DNA of 48,702 nucleotides, taken from NCBI GenBank assembly GCA_043826455.1, contig JBDRQD010000031.1:1-48702 (forward strand). Reading direction: 5' to 3'. Source of the DNA: Candidatus Bathyarchaeota archaeon. Lineage in GTDB: Archaea; Thermoproteota; Bathyarchaeia; TCS64. Under the pieces are notes generated by a model, which worked only from the letters and a program-made list of their open reading frames with translations, was not told the DNA's origin and searched no databases. The translations under genes were made by a program, and so were the position numbers. Position 1 is the stretch's first letter. Each line of letters begins with the position of its first letter. Shown here piece by piece: positions 9,021 through 19,200 of the stretch.

Positions 9021-9245
9021 TCAGCGGGTCCTCCGGTCCTCCTTGATCCAGCTTAGGGCCTGCTCCTCGGGTATCTTTGAGAAGTATTCTCCCAGCTCCT
9101 CGGCTGCCTCTGCGGCTTCCTCTAGTTTCTTTCTGCGTATCTCTTCTTCTATGGCTTTCCTGGCCACTGAGCTGACCTCTATGCTGTACTTGTCTATGTC
9201 TCGTTTGGTCTCGTCGGGTACGCGGATGGAGATTACGGTGCCCAT
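9021..9245 (-). CDS. VapB-like antitoxin (RHH)
   Basis: TVISIRVP...EVSSVARKAIEEEIRR...IKEDR; abuts the PIN gene. Confidence 0.82.
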   Translation of the reverse strand: MGTVISIRVPDETKRDIDKYSIEVSSVARKAIEEEIRRKKLEEAAEAAEELGEYFSKIPEEQALSWIKEDRRTR

Positions 9246-9354
9246 AATACGTTATTTGTATTACGTTGGGTGTAATAAGGGTTGTGGCTGGAGGCACTGA
9301 AAGCGTGGATGGGGTTGTGGACTATTCCCTAACCCGATGACTTCCTGAAAAGAT

Positions 9355-9472
9355 CGTGTTTCGGTGTGGAATGGACGGCGATTTGGTATAGAATGGCGAG
9401 GCATCGGACCGGTTCCGGGTGTCCTCTCGGCGTGGGGAGACAGTTTCCGGTTTATTTTGCTCTACCCCTCTC
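9355..9472 (+). repeat. Copy B of the ~118-bp diverged direct repeat
   Basis: Aligns to 8164-8281; followed by a 9-bp hairpin CTTATCCCG-N7-CGGGATAAG at ~9524-9548. Confidence 0.8.
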
Positions 9473-9653
9473 TGTCTGGGGCAGGGCGCTGGCGTGTCGG
9501 GCGTAGCGTTTCCAGACTGTTGGCTTATCCCGTGCCAGCCGGGATAAGGCGGAAAAAAATTCCATCTTTTACTTTGAGGAGTGTTTTTGTTTCATCTTCA
9601 TGAGTGTTAGCCTGTCTTTTCAAACGGTGTTGTCTGATTGTAGTGCCTTATGT

Positions 9654-10571
9654 CTACATTGGAGGGGTTACGGAGTGTTGGATGTTGAGTTCGTTTATTC
9701 TATCGAATATCTCCTCGTTTGCCGTGACGTAGGGTTTATGGTATATTACCACCTTACCCTTTGATAGCTCCATGAGGCTGTTGAAGAATTCCACGTAGGA
9801 GCGCCTCCCATAGATTCGCTCGTACTCGTGGTGGACCGATTGAGGCGTCTTTTTCACTATCTTGTCGGCGTCTATGCAGAACCTGTAGTAGCAGCTGTTG
9901 GCGTGGATGAGGGTGCTCAGCGCCTTTATGTTCATTATCTCCTCGAGGAACGAGTATCTCTCGGCGAAGATGAGGGAGATCACGTTTCTTACGAGGGCGT
10001 CCTTGTCTCGGCTACGCTCTCTGATGCCTTGCCCGATCTCCCCCAGGCCAAACTTGCCTTCACCGTAGGTGATGACGCCCAGGCTCTTCAGCAGGTTGAT
10101 CCAGTCCCAGTACCTTTCGGAGCGGGTGAGGTCCTCTATGTCTTGTTCGGTGAGGACGTTATAGTGGTAGATCCAGTTCATAATGACTTCGACGGGGTTG
10201 AGGAAGTGGTGGACCGTCTGTACGTTGGCCAGCTCACTGGAAGCGGCCCGGGTGACTATCCTCTCTATACGCTCGTTCCAGAGGTTAAGAGACTCGTTTA
10301 GGGCGTGGAGGCACTGATCCTTTGTAGGTGCGTCCAAGATGGATCCCTTCTCGTTGACGAGTAGCTGGCTTATCTTTTCCAGGTTCAGGACGTTGACTAT
10401 CCGTTCGTTGTTGGCGTCGTTTATAATCAGCCTAGGATAGTGGACGCTGAGGTTCACGAGGTATTTCCTTGAGAAGGCGTCGTGGCTCGGCTCCTCTGCG
10501 TAGACGAGGTTACCGTAGTGTTCTACCGCGTACATCTTCGCCTTCCTATAGATTTCGCTCATCTTCTTCAC
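9654..10571 (-). CDS. Hypothetical protein (305 aa), co-oriented downstream of the C39 peptidase
   Basis: Long ORF starting 4 nt after the peptidase stop; no family recognised. Confidence 0.7.
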   Translation of the reverse strand: MKKMSEIYRKAKMYAVEHYGNLVYAEEPSHDAFSRKYLVNLSVHYPRLIINDANNERIVNVLNLEKISQLLVNEKGSILDAPTKDQCLHALNESLNLWNERIERIVTRAASSELANVQTVHHFLNPVEVIMNWIYHYNVLTEQDIEDLTRSERYWDWINLLKSLGVITYGEGKFGLGEIGQGIRERSRDKDALVRNVISLIFAERYSFLEEIMNIKALSTLIHANSCYYRFCIDADKIVKKTPQSVHHEYERIYGRRSYVEFFNSLMELSKGKVVIYHKPYVTANEEIFDRINELNIQHSVTPPM

Positions 10572-10575
10572 CTCG

Positions 10576-11121
10576 TCAAATGTATTCAGTTAACTTTCTC
10601 TCGGCTCTCTCGTCGACCTTCACTCTTATTGTGTAGCGGTCCATGGCGTCCCATTTCGAAAGGAAGGTGTCGATTCCTTCCTTCAAGTCTCCATGTAAGG
10701 GATCCTTGTATAAAACCTTGTTATTAGTGTAACCTTCAACTACGACGGAGTGTCCATAAGGGCGTCCTATTTGATCTTTGAGTTCTACCCACAGAATAAC
10801 TGGTTTAGTTTCTTCTATGTCTTTTATGATAGTCTCCCATTGAGGGTAACTTGAGTCTCGCCTGAACTCAACTGAGGGCACGCTTTTCTCTAACAACCTG
10901 TTAATGTTCTCGATTGATCCGAACTCTGTTCCCAGTTCCGTTGTTCCCACGGCCTTCATTATTTCGTCAAGTTCGGGGACAACGACTTGGTTATGATGAA
11001 TGTGGAGGTAATCTAGAACCATCTTTAGGCAGTGGGGGACACAAGAGTAGCCATTACTTTGTAGACTTAGTGGCACGCCGAGGTACAGTTTCTTAGCCTG
11101 TTTGTCGGATGGCAGAGCCAA
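10576..11121 (-). CDS. C39-like (papain-fold) cysteine peptidase
   Basis: LQSNGYSCVPHCLKMVL (Q..C), PVILWV, GHSVVVEGY, YKDP (H..D). Confidence 0.82.
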   Translation of the reverse strand: MALPSDKQAKKLYLGVPLSLQSNGYSCVPHCLKMVLDYLHIHHNQVVVPELDEIMKAVGTTELGTEFGSIENINRLLEKSVPSVEFRRDSSYPQWETIIKDIEETKPVILWVELKDQIGRPYGHSVVVEGYTNNKVLYKDPLHGDLKEGIDTFLSKWDAMDRYTIRVKVDERAERKLTEYI

Positions 11122-11377
11122 CTTGGATTTAAATGAGTGTAAACATTAATAAACAGTTATAGTGTTTTAGCTGTTTTTATGCCGATTGTTGACCCGTATT
11201 TATCTGTTGCATGCTTTTTTAGTTAATGTAAATTTAAAGTCGCTTTAGGCGATATATCGGTTATTACTTTAGAGTGGCTGGTTGACTGAAATTCTGATGT
11301 TTTTTTTTAGAAAACTGCATGGTATCGACTGTCTTTAGTGTTTTATCCTTGTAACATGGTTTAATTCTACAGGTGGC

Positions 11378-12625
11378 GTGTTGGAGGATATCGAGGAGCT
11401 GCTGAGGGATTATGTTGAGAGGAACTCGGGTATCTGCTGCGCCCAGTGGGACCCGGCCGTCTCCGAGAGGCTTCTGTTTGACCCCTACGACGCAGATAAA
11501 AGGGCGTGGGCTGCCCACTATTTTCTGCTTAATGCGTCTGTAACTGAGACGGCTCTCATCGGGAGGGCCGAGAACGCCAGGGCCCTCATGGTTGAGCTTC
11601 ACAGGCGCTACGGGGACGCGCTGCTGCGTCAGACTAATGCTCAGCTCCTCAACGAGGCTGTGAGGGGGTGTGGCTTCTACAGGGATTTCAGGTCTCAGCG
11701 GCTGAGGATCGGTGCGGTTCTGGCGGGTGTGAACAGGTGGGTGGAGGAGGAGGCCGGCGGGGACCTTCTTGGGTACTCTGGGCGTTTCTCGTCGCCGTCT
11801 GAGTATGCTCGTGTGCTTCAGGGGATGCCCAGGATGGGTGGCAGGCACTGCGAGAAGGTGTGGATGTATCTCCGGTGGCTTACCAGGCCTTATCCGGATC
11901 TGGGAGTGTATCATTTTGATGTCAGGGATCTGAGGACGCCTTTGACGTCGTACGTTGTCAGTGTGGCCGCCTGCCTGGGGATGTGCGAGGAGCCGGGCTC
12001 CGAGCAGTGGAAGTGTGTTGGGTACCGTGAGGAGGCCCGTGAGAGGGTCACAGGCTACGCTTCCCGGCTGTTCCCTGATGACCCGTTGAGAGTTGACTAC
12101 CCCTTCTACATGCTGGGCCGGTGGATGGAGGGTCAGAGGCCCTGCGTGGAGGACCTGCGGGACTACCTGGTTTTCTTCGATGAGCTGTACAGGCTGACGG
12201 GGACGGTGCCCGTCACTTACGATATTGTGGGTAGGGAGACCAGTGGCTTCGAGAGGAGCCTCCGGGGGCTGCTGGAGAGGCAGTCCATGGTGTTCTACTT
12301 TGAGCCTCAGAGGTTCAGCCTGGGGGGCGGGTTAACCTATAAGCCTGACTTTGTGTTGCCGGGGGTCAGGGTGGGGGGTAGGACGGTTGTCTTGGAGCCG
12401 CATGGGGTGTGGGGTGGCGACCACGAGTTGGAGGTTACCCGGAAGTACCGGTTGTTCAGGGAGATGTTCGGCAGCCTGTTTTACCTGATTCTGATCGTGC
12501 CGCCATTGGAGTATGTCCGGGTGCGTGATGGGTACCCTGAATCATATGATGACATTGTGGAGGGCAACAGGATGGGAGACCTACTGTACATGCTCAAATC
12601 AGGAAGATACAAACAAATATTCTAA
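11378..12625 (+). CDS. DUF2400/TIGR02757-like HhH protein fused to a C-terminal PD-(D/E)XK-like nuclease
   Basis: KVWMYLRWLTRPYPDLG..LRTPLTSYV..FPDDPLRVDYPF; C-terminal FEPQRF..YKPDFVLP..VVLEPHG. Confidence 0.7.
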   Translation: MLEDIEELLRDYVERNSGICCAQWDPAVSERLLFDPYDADKRAWAAHYFLLNASVTETALIGRAENARALMVELHRRYGDALLRQTNAQLLNEAVRGCGFYRDFRSQRLRIGAVLAGVNRWVEEEAGGDLLGYSGRFSSPSEYARVLQGMPRMGGRHCEKVWMYLRWLTRPYPDLGVYHFDVRDLRTPLTSYVVSVAACLGMCEEPGSEQWKCVGYREEARERVTGYASRLFPDDPLRVDYPFYMLGRWMEGQRPCVEDLRDYLVFFDELYRLTGTVPVTYDIVGRETSGFERSLRGLLERQSMVFYFEPQRFSLGGGLTYKPDFVLPGVRVGGRTVVLEPHGVWGGDHELEVTRKYRLFREMFGSLFYLILIVPPLEYVRVRDGYPESYDDIVEGNRMGDLLYMLKSGRYKQIF

Positions 12626-12738
12626 ATAAGCAACTGTTCTTAATGTCTAAAGATTCTCTCAGGACGGAGAAAAATAATAGAGGAATTAAAAAATAAACTG
12701 ATAGAAAAATATAAAAATTATTTAAATAACATTAACTC

Positions 12739-13362
12739 ATGATTGATCAAACTAGAGAAATACAACAAGCTATCAATCAAATAACTGAACTTGGCCATTC
12801 GTTACAAAAAATTAAAGGAGGCTCATTCCCCACCGATCTTTTATCAGTTTACGGAGAGCTTTCAGCTTACCTTGAATTAAGGAAACGATTTCCGAATTCT
12901 GAAATCAAATTTAAAAGAAAAGCAAGAGCAGATGTAGAAATAGATGGAATAAAAATAGAAATAAAGACATCTAATTATAAAAAAGAGGATTACGGGGAAG
13001 GTTATGGATTCGCACTGCATATTAAAAAATGTAAACAACATCCTAAAGCTCATTATAAACATCCACGAAGAGGGGCAATTATTGGAGATTTTTGTTATTT
13101 TGATTATCTCGTCTGCGTAGCAGTCAATGAGAATAACATAGAAAACCCCGTTTTCTATGTTTTTTCAAAGGCTGAAATAGAAGGTATTTCATCTGAGATT
13201 GAAAACAAGTCAAGAAGGTTTTGGTACTCTCCTTACAGAATTCTAATCCCTATTAAACCTGATCTGAAAAATAAAGGGGTTTTATACAGTGATTTCGATC
13301 TTGAAATTGCAAATGACAAGAAAAAATACAAGAAAAGGTGGGATAAAATCAAGACCAAATAA
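12739..13362 (+). CDS. Putative PD-(D/E)XK restriction-endonuclease-like protein
   Basis: YGE...ADVEIDGIKIEIKTS, FDYLVCV; very AT-rich insert. Confidence 0.68.
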   Translation: MIDQTREIQQAINQITELGHSLQKIKGGSFPTDLLSVYGELSAYLELRKRFPNSEIKFKRKARADVEIDGIKIEIKTSNYKKEDYGEGYGFALHIKKCKQHPKAHYKHPRRGAIIGDFCYFDYLVCVAVNENNIENPVFYVFSKAEIEGISSEIENKSRRFWYSPYRILIPIKPDLKNKGVLYSDFDLEIANDKKKYKKRWDKIKTK

Positions 13363-13524
13363 AATAATACTAAGTGTTAGTGTACAGCGTTCAATGAGAT
13401 TAGATAGAAGGATTGCATGTGTATAAAAGATAGAAATTGAGCGGCAAAAATTAAAGAGTTTAAAATAGGATGCCATAACTATTCAATTGAGTTTTCTGGC
13501 TTAGCATCTGTAGTTCAGTATCTT

Positions 13525-13902
13525 CTAATAATACGCTGCTCTGAAAGCAGCGATGGCTCTGAAGCCTAGCTTCAGGTATAGGCTGTACCAGCTGAGAACC
13601 TCTCCCCTATCCATGTTCTTCACAGCCTCAACGTAGCCATTCACCCTACTCCACTTCATTACTCCAGCTATCCCTTTCATAGCTAGGTACAACCGTAGGG
13701 CTGACTCCTCCTCAAGGTGATAGTTGACCCGCCCGTCCCTCCAGGACATGAACTCGCTCATTCTAAGTGTCGGGAGCAGGACCTCCCTCAGTAGGGCGGC
13801 TTTGGATCCCTCAGTGGAGGCTTGAACAGTCTTTTTCTTTCCTTCATGTAGCCAGAGCCGTAACGTCGGCTTCTTGGTTACTATCAGTCTGTACTCACTC
13901 AA
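13525..13902 (-). CDS. Small protein ending the DUF499 operon (DUF3780/DUF7680-like by position and pattern)
   Basis: Starts 2 nt after the PglZ stop; ALRLYL...VKNMDRGEVLSWYS...RAIAAFR resembles small partners of DUF499 operons. Confidence 0.6.
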   Translation of the reverse strand: MSEYRLIVTKKPTLRLWLHEGKKKTVQASTEGSKAALLREVLLPTLRMSEFMSWRDGRVNYHLEEESALRLYLAMKGIAGVMKWSRVNGYVEAVKNMDRGEVLSWYSLYLKLGFRAIAAFRAAYY

Positions 13903-13904
13903 CC

Positions 13905-14807
13905 CTATGCACCTACTGTCACGACGGGGACCAGCGATTCTGTGAGGCTAACGCCTCCGTGGGCTATGAAGGTGTTGCTCCCAGGGGAGACATTTACATG
14001 GATCCTCCCAACGGCTACACTGATGCCGTCCACCTCTAACCCGTTGTCGCCGTACTCGCCGCCGTAGCGCTCCTGCCTCCTTGGGGAGGAACCCCAGAAG
14101 TACTTGGCAGGGTTCGAACCGAGGTAGATGTAGCCGTGGTCCCCCGTGACCACCAGGGGGGCGTTCCGTGAGAGCGACTCCACCAAGTCGATGAGTGGAC
14201 CAACTACCCTTGAAACGTCCTGTACTTGGGTGGTCCTGTGGGCACGCGCCCCCGTCAGCGGCGCGTCAGGGTACTGGGTCAGGAGTAGGTGCCCCCGGCT
14301 ACTTCCGACTCTCGGTGGATTCATTATGTCGGCGATTACATCTCCGCGCCATGTGCGGCCTTCGTAGAGCTTCTCGCCCGTGAATGCGTCCTTCAGGCTG
14401 GGTGTGTGGAATATCTTCATGGATACGTTCTGGGTTGTGGTCGGGGCAGGTGTACGCTCAACGGTATAGTGAAGCCTATCACCAAGCTTATTTTGGAGGG
14501 CTAGGAGCTCACGGATGCTGAAGCCGTCGCAGACCAGGACGTTAGCGTCGATCTCAGCAGCCCTCTGGAGCGCCTTTTGGAGAGCCCAGCCGTGCTCCTC
14601 GATTGCCAGATTCCTGTACAGGTCTGAGCCCCATGCGTCGTGCAGCCACTTCTCGAAGCCCTGCAGCCACTCCTCCACCTTATCATAGCTGCTCACAACA
14701 TCATCGAGATCCATGAGGAGGCTGAGCCTGGAGATCAGGTAGTCGACAAGCGCCGGGACCGGGTCATGCTCACGCACAAGCTTAACAAGGAGCGTGTCCG
14801 AGTACAC
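13905..14807 (-). CDS. pglZ: Compact PglZ-like alkaline-phosphatase-fold protein
   Basis: VLVCDGFSIREL, PTTT, VVTGDHGY, HGGVSLTESLVP; GTG14807 preceded by AGGAGG. Confidence 0.8.
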   Translation of the reverse strand: MYSDTLLVKLVREHDPVPALVDYLISRLSLLMDLDDVVSSYDKVEEWLQGFEKWLHDAWGSDLYRNLAIEEHGWALQKALQRAAEIDANVLVCDGFSIRELLALQNKLGDRLHYTVERTPAPTTTQNVSMKIFHTPSLKDAFTGEKLYEGRTWRGDVIADIMNPPRVGSSRGHLLLTQYPDAPLTGARAHRTTQVQDVSRVVGPLIDLVESLSRNAPLVVTGDHGYIYLGSNPAKYFWGSSPRRQERYGGEYGDNGLEVDGISVAVGRIHVNVSPGSNTFIAHGGVSLTESLVPVVTVGA

Positions 14808-14809
14808 CT

Positions 14810-16237
14810 TTACGCCTCCTTCAGCCTGTAGGTTATTCTCTTGGGCTTGTATTCGCCTGGGCTCAGGGTGCAGAGCCACTCGTGTATGGTCTGGCGGTAC
14901 TCGACGGCCGTCCTCACCGCGATCTCCAGGGCCTCCGCGTCCCTGGCGTCGTGAGGGCTCAGTATCTTCATCATGCCGCTGGCGACCCTCTGGATGGCTT
15001 TCTGGTCGCGGATGCTAAGGCTACCTCCTTCAGCGCCCAGCTCAGCCCTCTGGGAGACGGCGTGGACGAAGCTCTCCTTCCGTAGCTCGTGCATGATCTC
15101 GCAGAAGTAGTCAGTTATCAGACCATAACCGTTGGTGAGGTGGACCTCGCTCTGCCCGATCTTGGGCATCTCCCAGCCAGGGATCATGCCGTAGACTCGG
15201 TCGACGAAGGCCGAGTCCTTCATGCAATCGGGCATTACTGCCGTGAAGTCCTCGGCTGGTAGCCTGCCCTGTATCTCAATGTTACCCTGGAACATGAGGC
15301 TGCAGGTGCTCCTGGCCTTCCTTAGCTGGCCTCTCTCGAAGTCGCCGCTATCCATGTAGTCCTTGAACTTGCCCATGACCTCGTCCGGGTTCTTGAAGTC
15401 TATCTTGGCCACCTCGTCGAAGACGACGAGGTCCCTGACTGCTATGTCGCCGAGGGTGCGGTATGTTCCGTGGTAGAATAGTGTCGCGGGGCTCACCTGG
15501 CCTCCGCTGTAGAGCCTTGTATAGTAGCTGACGTTCTTGTAGAGGAAGCTCTTGCCTGTGGCGCGGGGGCCTAGCTCCATCATGTTGACGTTGTTCTCCA
15601 CAAGCGGGACCAGGCGGCTGAGGTAGATGAGCTTGGTTCGGTCGTCGTAGGCGTCGGGGTTCATGCCGAGGGTCTGCATGAGGGCGTCCATCCACTCGCT
15701 CATGGTGAACTCCTCCCGCTTGATCTTGTAGTCGTCCACTCTTACGTTGCTGTACTGGAGGGGGCTGAAGCTGGTTATGATGATGGGGGTCTGGGGGACG
15801 TCGCTGTCCTCTAGCACCATGGGCTGGTAGCTGAGCTTGGCGGTGCCCCACATCCCGGTTTCAAGGAGCTCCTTGTACTGCTCCAGAAGGCTGGGGACTA
15901 TCATGGCGTCTCTGATCTGGAGGCTGGGTATCTCGACCCTCCTCAGGCCGTGCCTGGCGTCTACCCGTACCTTGAACTCGTCGAGCAGCGTGTACTCGCC
16001 ACGGGTGGTGATCTCGTAGAGTACACGGTCTTTCTCCTTGGGCTCGGGGTAGAACTGTTTGACGAAGTTGTTGAGGACGTTCATGGTGGTGGGGTCCTCG
16101 CTCTCCCCGACCAGCTCCCGGGCAGCGTACTCGCTGATGAACTTGGGTAGGCGCTCCAGCTGCTGGGTTCGGCCGAGGCGCTTGTTGACGGTCTCGTCTG
16201 GGAAGACACGTTTCAGCTTCTGGTCTGTCGCGTTCAT
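14810..16237 (-). CDS. brxL: BrxL-like MCM/AAA+ protein lacking the Lon protease domain
   Basis: RLVPLVENNVNMMELGPRATGKS, VVFDEV, SAFVDR, PGWEMPK, GYGLITDYFCE; ends at 475 aa. Confidence 0.9.
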   Translation of the reverse strand: MNATDQKLKRVFPDETVNKRLGRTQQLERLPKFISEYAARELVGESEDPTTMNVLNNFVKQFYPEPKEKDRVLYEITTRGEYTLLDEFKVRVDARHGLRRVEIPSLQIRDAMIVPSLLEQYKELLETGMWGTAKLSYQPMVLEDSDVPQTPIIITSFSPLQYSNVRVDDYKIKREEFTMSEWMDALMQTLGMNPDAYDDRTKLIYLSRLVPLVENNVNMMELGPRATGKSFLYKNVSYYTRLYSGGQVSPATLFYHGTYRTLGDIAVRDLVVFDEVAKIDFKNPDEVMGKFKDYMDSGDFERGQLRKARSTCSLMFQGNIEIQGRLPAEDFTAVMPDCMKDSAFVDRVYGMIPGWEMPKIGQSEVHLTNGYGLITDYFCEIMHELRKESFVHAVSQRAELGAEGGSLSIRDQKAIQRVASGMMKILSPHDARDAEALEIAVRTAVEYRQTIHEWLCTLSPGEYKPKRITYRLKEA

Positions 16238-19200
16238 TGTTTCACCTTCTTGAACTCTTCGAGGGCGCTCTGGAGGCTGCGGGTGGGCTCGGGTAGGGCC
16301 GTGTCCTCCATGGCTATTAGTCGGTAGGTGAGGTTGCCTGGCATCTTAGCCACCTGTTTTAAGGCTTCTTCTGATAGTATCTCTCGGAGGGGCTTGAACT
16401 CCTGCTCACGTTTGGTTAAAGTAACCTCCACCTTGTCCAGGTACTCTCTAAGCTGTGTGATAAGCGACCGTAGCTCGCCCTGTTTATCGCTGGCGGCCTG
16501 GACGCTCACCCTGAGGGACTCTAGTGGTTTACCCTTCTCGGCCTGGGCTGAGAGCTCCACGGTGTAGGGCTGCTGCTGGAGCATCATCAGCGCTCCGAGG
16601 TGCCTGCTACAGTCCTGGTATGACGTGGTGATGGCCAGCTTTGCCTCGCGGGTCTGGGTGCCTAGGAGGGCTTGGAGGTCGGCTGCTGCCTCCGCCACTG
16701 GCTTTGAGCCGTCAATGAGCCTCTGGCCGGGGGTTAAGGGCGTGAACCTGGCCTGGAGCTGCTGGTCGATGTCGAGGGTCACGGTCCGAGTCTGGTTCAG
16801 GTGGCCGTCGCTCCACCTCTCGAAGGCCATGCCCTTGGGGGTCTCAACCCTCACGGTGTGCTGCCTGTCCTTGGCGAGGAGAACAGGCTGCCTGGTCTTG
16901 TAGGGCTGGTTGTCGATGATCACTGTTACATCCATGGACTCCCCTGACTTGATGTTCACCGCATCTATTGTGAGCTGCACATCCTCCGCTGGGGGCCTGG
17001 CTTTCCTGGCTACCTTTATGATGTACTCGTCGTCCCTGTCCCAGGTTATCATCCGTTCCTGCTCCATGGAGCCGTCTGTCCAACCCTCAAAGACTAGCCC
17101 CTCGGGTATGGCTGGGTTAATCGTATGGACTCGGTCGACTAGGTCCTCGATGGTGCTGGGGGTGGCCTTCGCCTCGCGTTTGTCCACCCAGATGGTGAGG
17201 GGCACGGGGGTTCCGGCCTCGTCCTCGGCCCGGATGACTACCTGGGAGACCTCAGGGTCCCGTATTACGAGACCCTCGTCCCTTATTGGCCCAGGGGGCT
17301 TGCCGAAGATGAGCTCCGCGCCGTAGCTGTACGCGGCCTTGCCCTCTGCTACAGCGTCCTGGATGGCCTTCATCGCTACCGCCCTGTCCGTGATGACCTC
17401 TATCTCGGGGCGCCTGTAGAAGCCCTCTATGATGGCCCTGACCTCGGGCTTCGTGGAGCCTTTGGGCCAATAGCGGTCGAGGAGGGTGTCGGGGCTGATC
17501 TGCTCCACGATCTTCTTTGCCTGGGTTCTGAGCCTGTCCTCGACGAGGCTCAGGATGTTCTCGGTGAGCATCCTCTCGGCTCCGAGCTGCATGGCGGTTA
17601 GCCCGGATGAGCTGGGGTACACCAGCCACTGGTAGGCAGAAGGGCAGCTGGGGGCTAGGCCGCTCCTCGCCATGGCGCGCAGATGATCTATCTGTTTGAT
17701 GCCCTCCTCCCCTACCTTGACTCTCAGCTCGTCCTTATCTTTCACCATGGCGTCTAGGGCCATGAGCTCCTTGGCGAGTCTGACGGGGCCGCTGAGGATG
17801 TCCTCTGGTCGGCCCGCGACTAGGAAGTAGACGGTGTTTTTATAGTTGCGTGGGGTGCCACCGTAGCTCTGGTAGAGGTCCCTGACGGCGTCGCAGGCCT
17901 CGTCTGGGCTTGAAGCGGCCCTCGTCTTGCCTGTGCCGTTGGCTGCCACAGTGTAGTCGGCGAGGATTAGTTGGAGGGTTGGAGTGTCGGGTATCTCGTC
18001 GCTGCGGTGAACCCATATGTGGAGGCTCCTTTCGTCCCAGAGGGGTCGCTTACCTGATGCCTGTTTCCTATAATGGGTTAGGGCTGAGGTCTTCCAGAAG
18101 TTGAGCTCCCGCTGTATTTCATTCCACCAGAGGCCAGCTTGCCTGGGGTCGTTCTCGACACGGCGCATGTACTCATCTATGAGCTTGTTGATGTTGGTGC
18201 GGCCGAAGACGTATCGGTCGCCTGAGAGGTCCACGAACCAGAGCTTTGTTCTGATCTCTTTGAGGGCCTCTGGGATGAGGGCCGGGTTGGATGATGGGCT
18301 GAGGATGGCGTATTTGGCCTCCTCCTCGGTGACTCCCTGCTGCTGTGGGCCGGTGGCCGTGAGGCTGTTAAGGACGATGGTGGCGAGGGCTTTCATGGCT
18401 GTGGGGCGGATAGCTTCTGGTATCTGGGTCATTCGTTCCTCTAGCTCCGTGTCGAGCTGGCTGACCAGGATGGGGTTCTTGAGCTTACCTATGGTTCCGC
18501 CGCGGACGTAGCCGTCCTCTAGGCGGGCGTGGCCAACGGTTATGAGGTCTGCGTAAGGGTCCCTGGCCTTGTGGACGCTGTAGATGAGGCTTGCTAGGAA
18601 TCGCAGCTCGTCCCGTATCTGCTGGAAGGCGGGGTCTTCCTTGAGCTTGCCGAGGGTCTGGTCAACGAAGGGATGGAAGGGGTAGTTGTCCTTGATGGCC
18701 TGATCCGAATTGGCCGCCCGTTTGGGCAAGTGCCTACTGTACAGTTCTTGGTAGCCTCTGGCGGTTTCATTGATGGTCTGGGTGAGGGCGTCGAAGTCGT
18801 CTGTGTAGAGGGCGTGACGTCTGACGCTTTTATACTCGCGTGGGGTAGCGATGATGGTGGGTTCGCTGTACCTGTTGAGTACGGCTGAGATGAGTCTTCG
18901 GGCGTCCTCGTAGATGCCGGTGGGGGCGGTGACGACGAGGGCGCATCCCTGGGTCTCGGTGACTGCGGCTGTAAGGTTCTGGAGGAAGGCTTGGAGGACG
19001 CTTATGTGTCTCTGGTTCCCCATGATGTTCTGGATATAGATGGTCGGCTCGTCGATGAGGATGAGAGTGGGCTCAGATTGGAGGACCTCCTTGAGGGTGG
19101 TGACGCTGGGGGCCTGACCCAGTGTATCGATCTCCCTATACTTCTCGTAGGTGTCCAGGGCCTTAAAGAGTACGCCCCATAGCGTGTTGACCTGGGTGCC

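Noticed and set aside
8164..9472. Canonical integron attC sites
   Set aside because: No RYYYAAC...GTTRRRY ends recognised and no integrase in the window; kept only as an unexplained structured repeat.
14808..14879. N-terminal extension of PglZ overlapping brxL (likewise 19635-19691 for MTase 1)
   Set aside because: SD position and paralogue alignment support the shorter starts GTG14807 and TTG19692.
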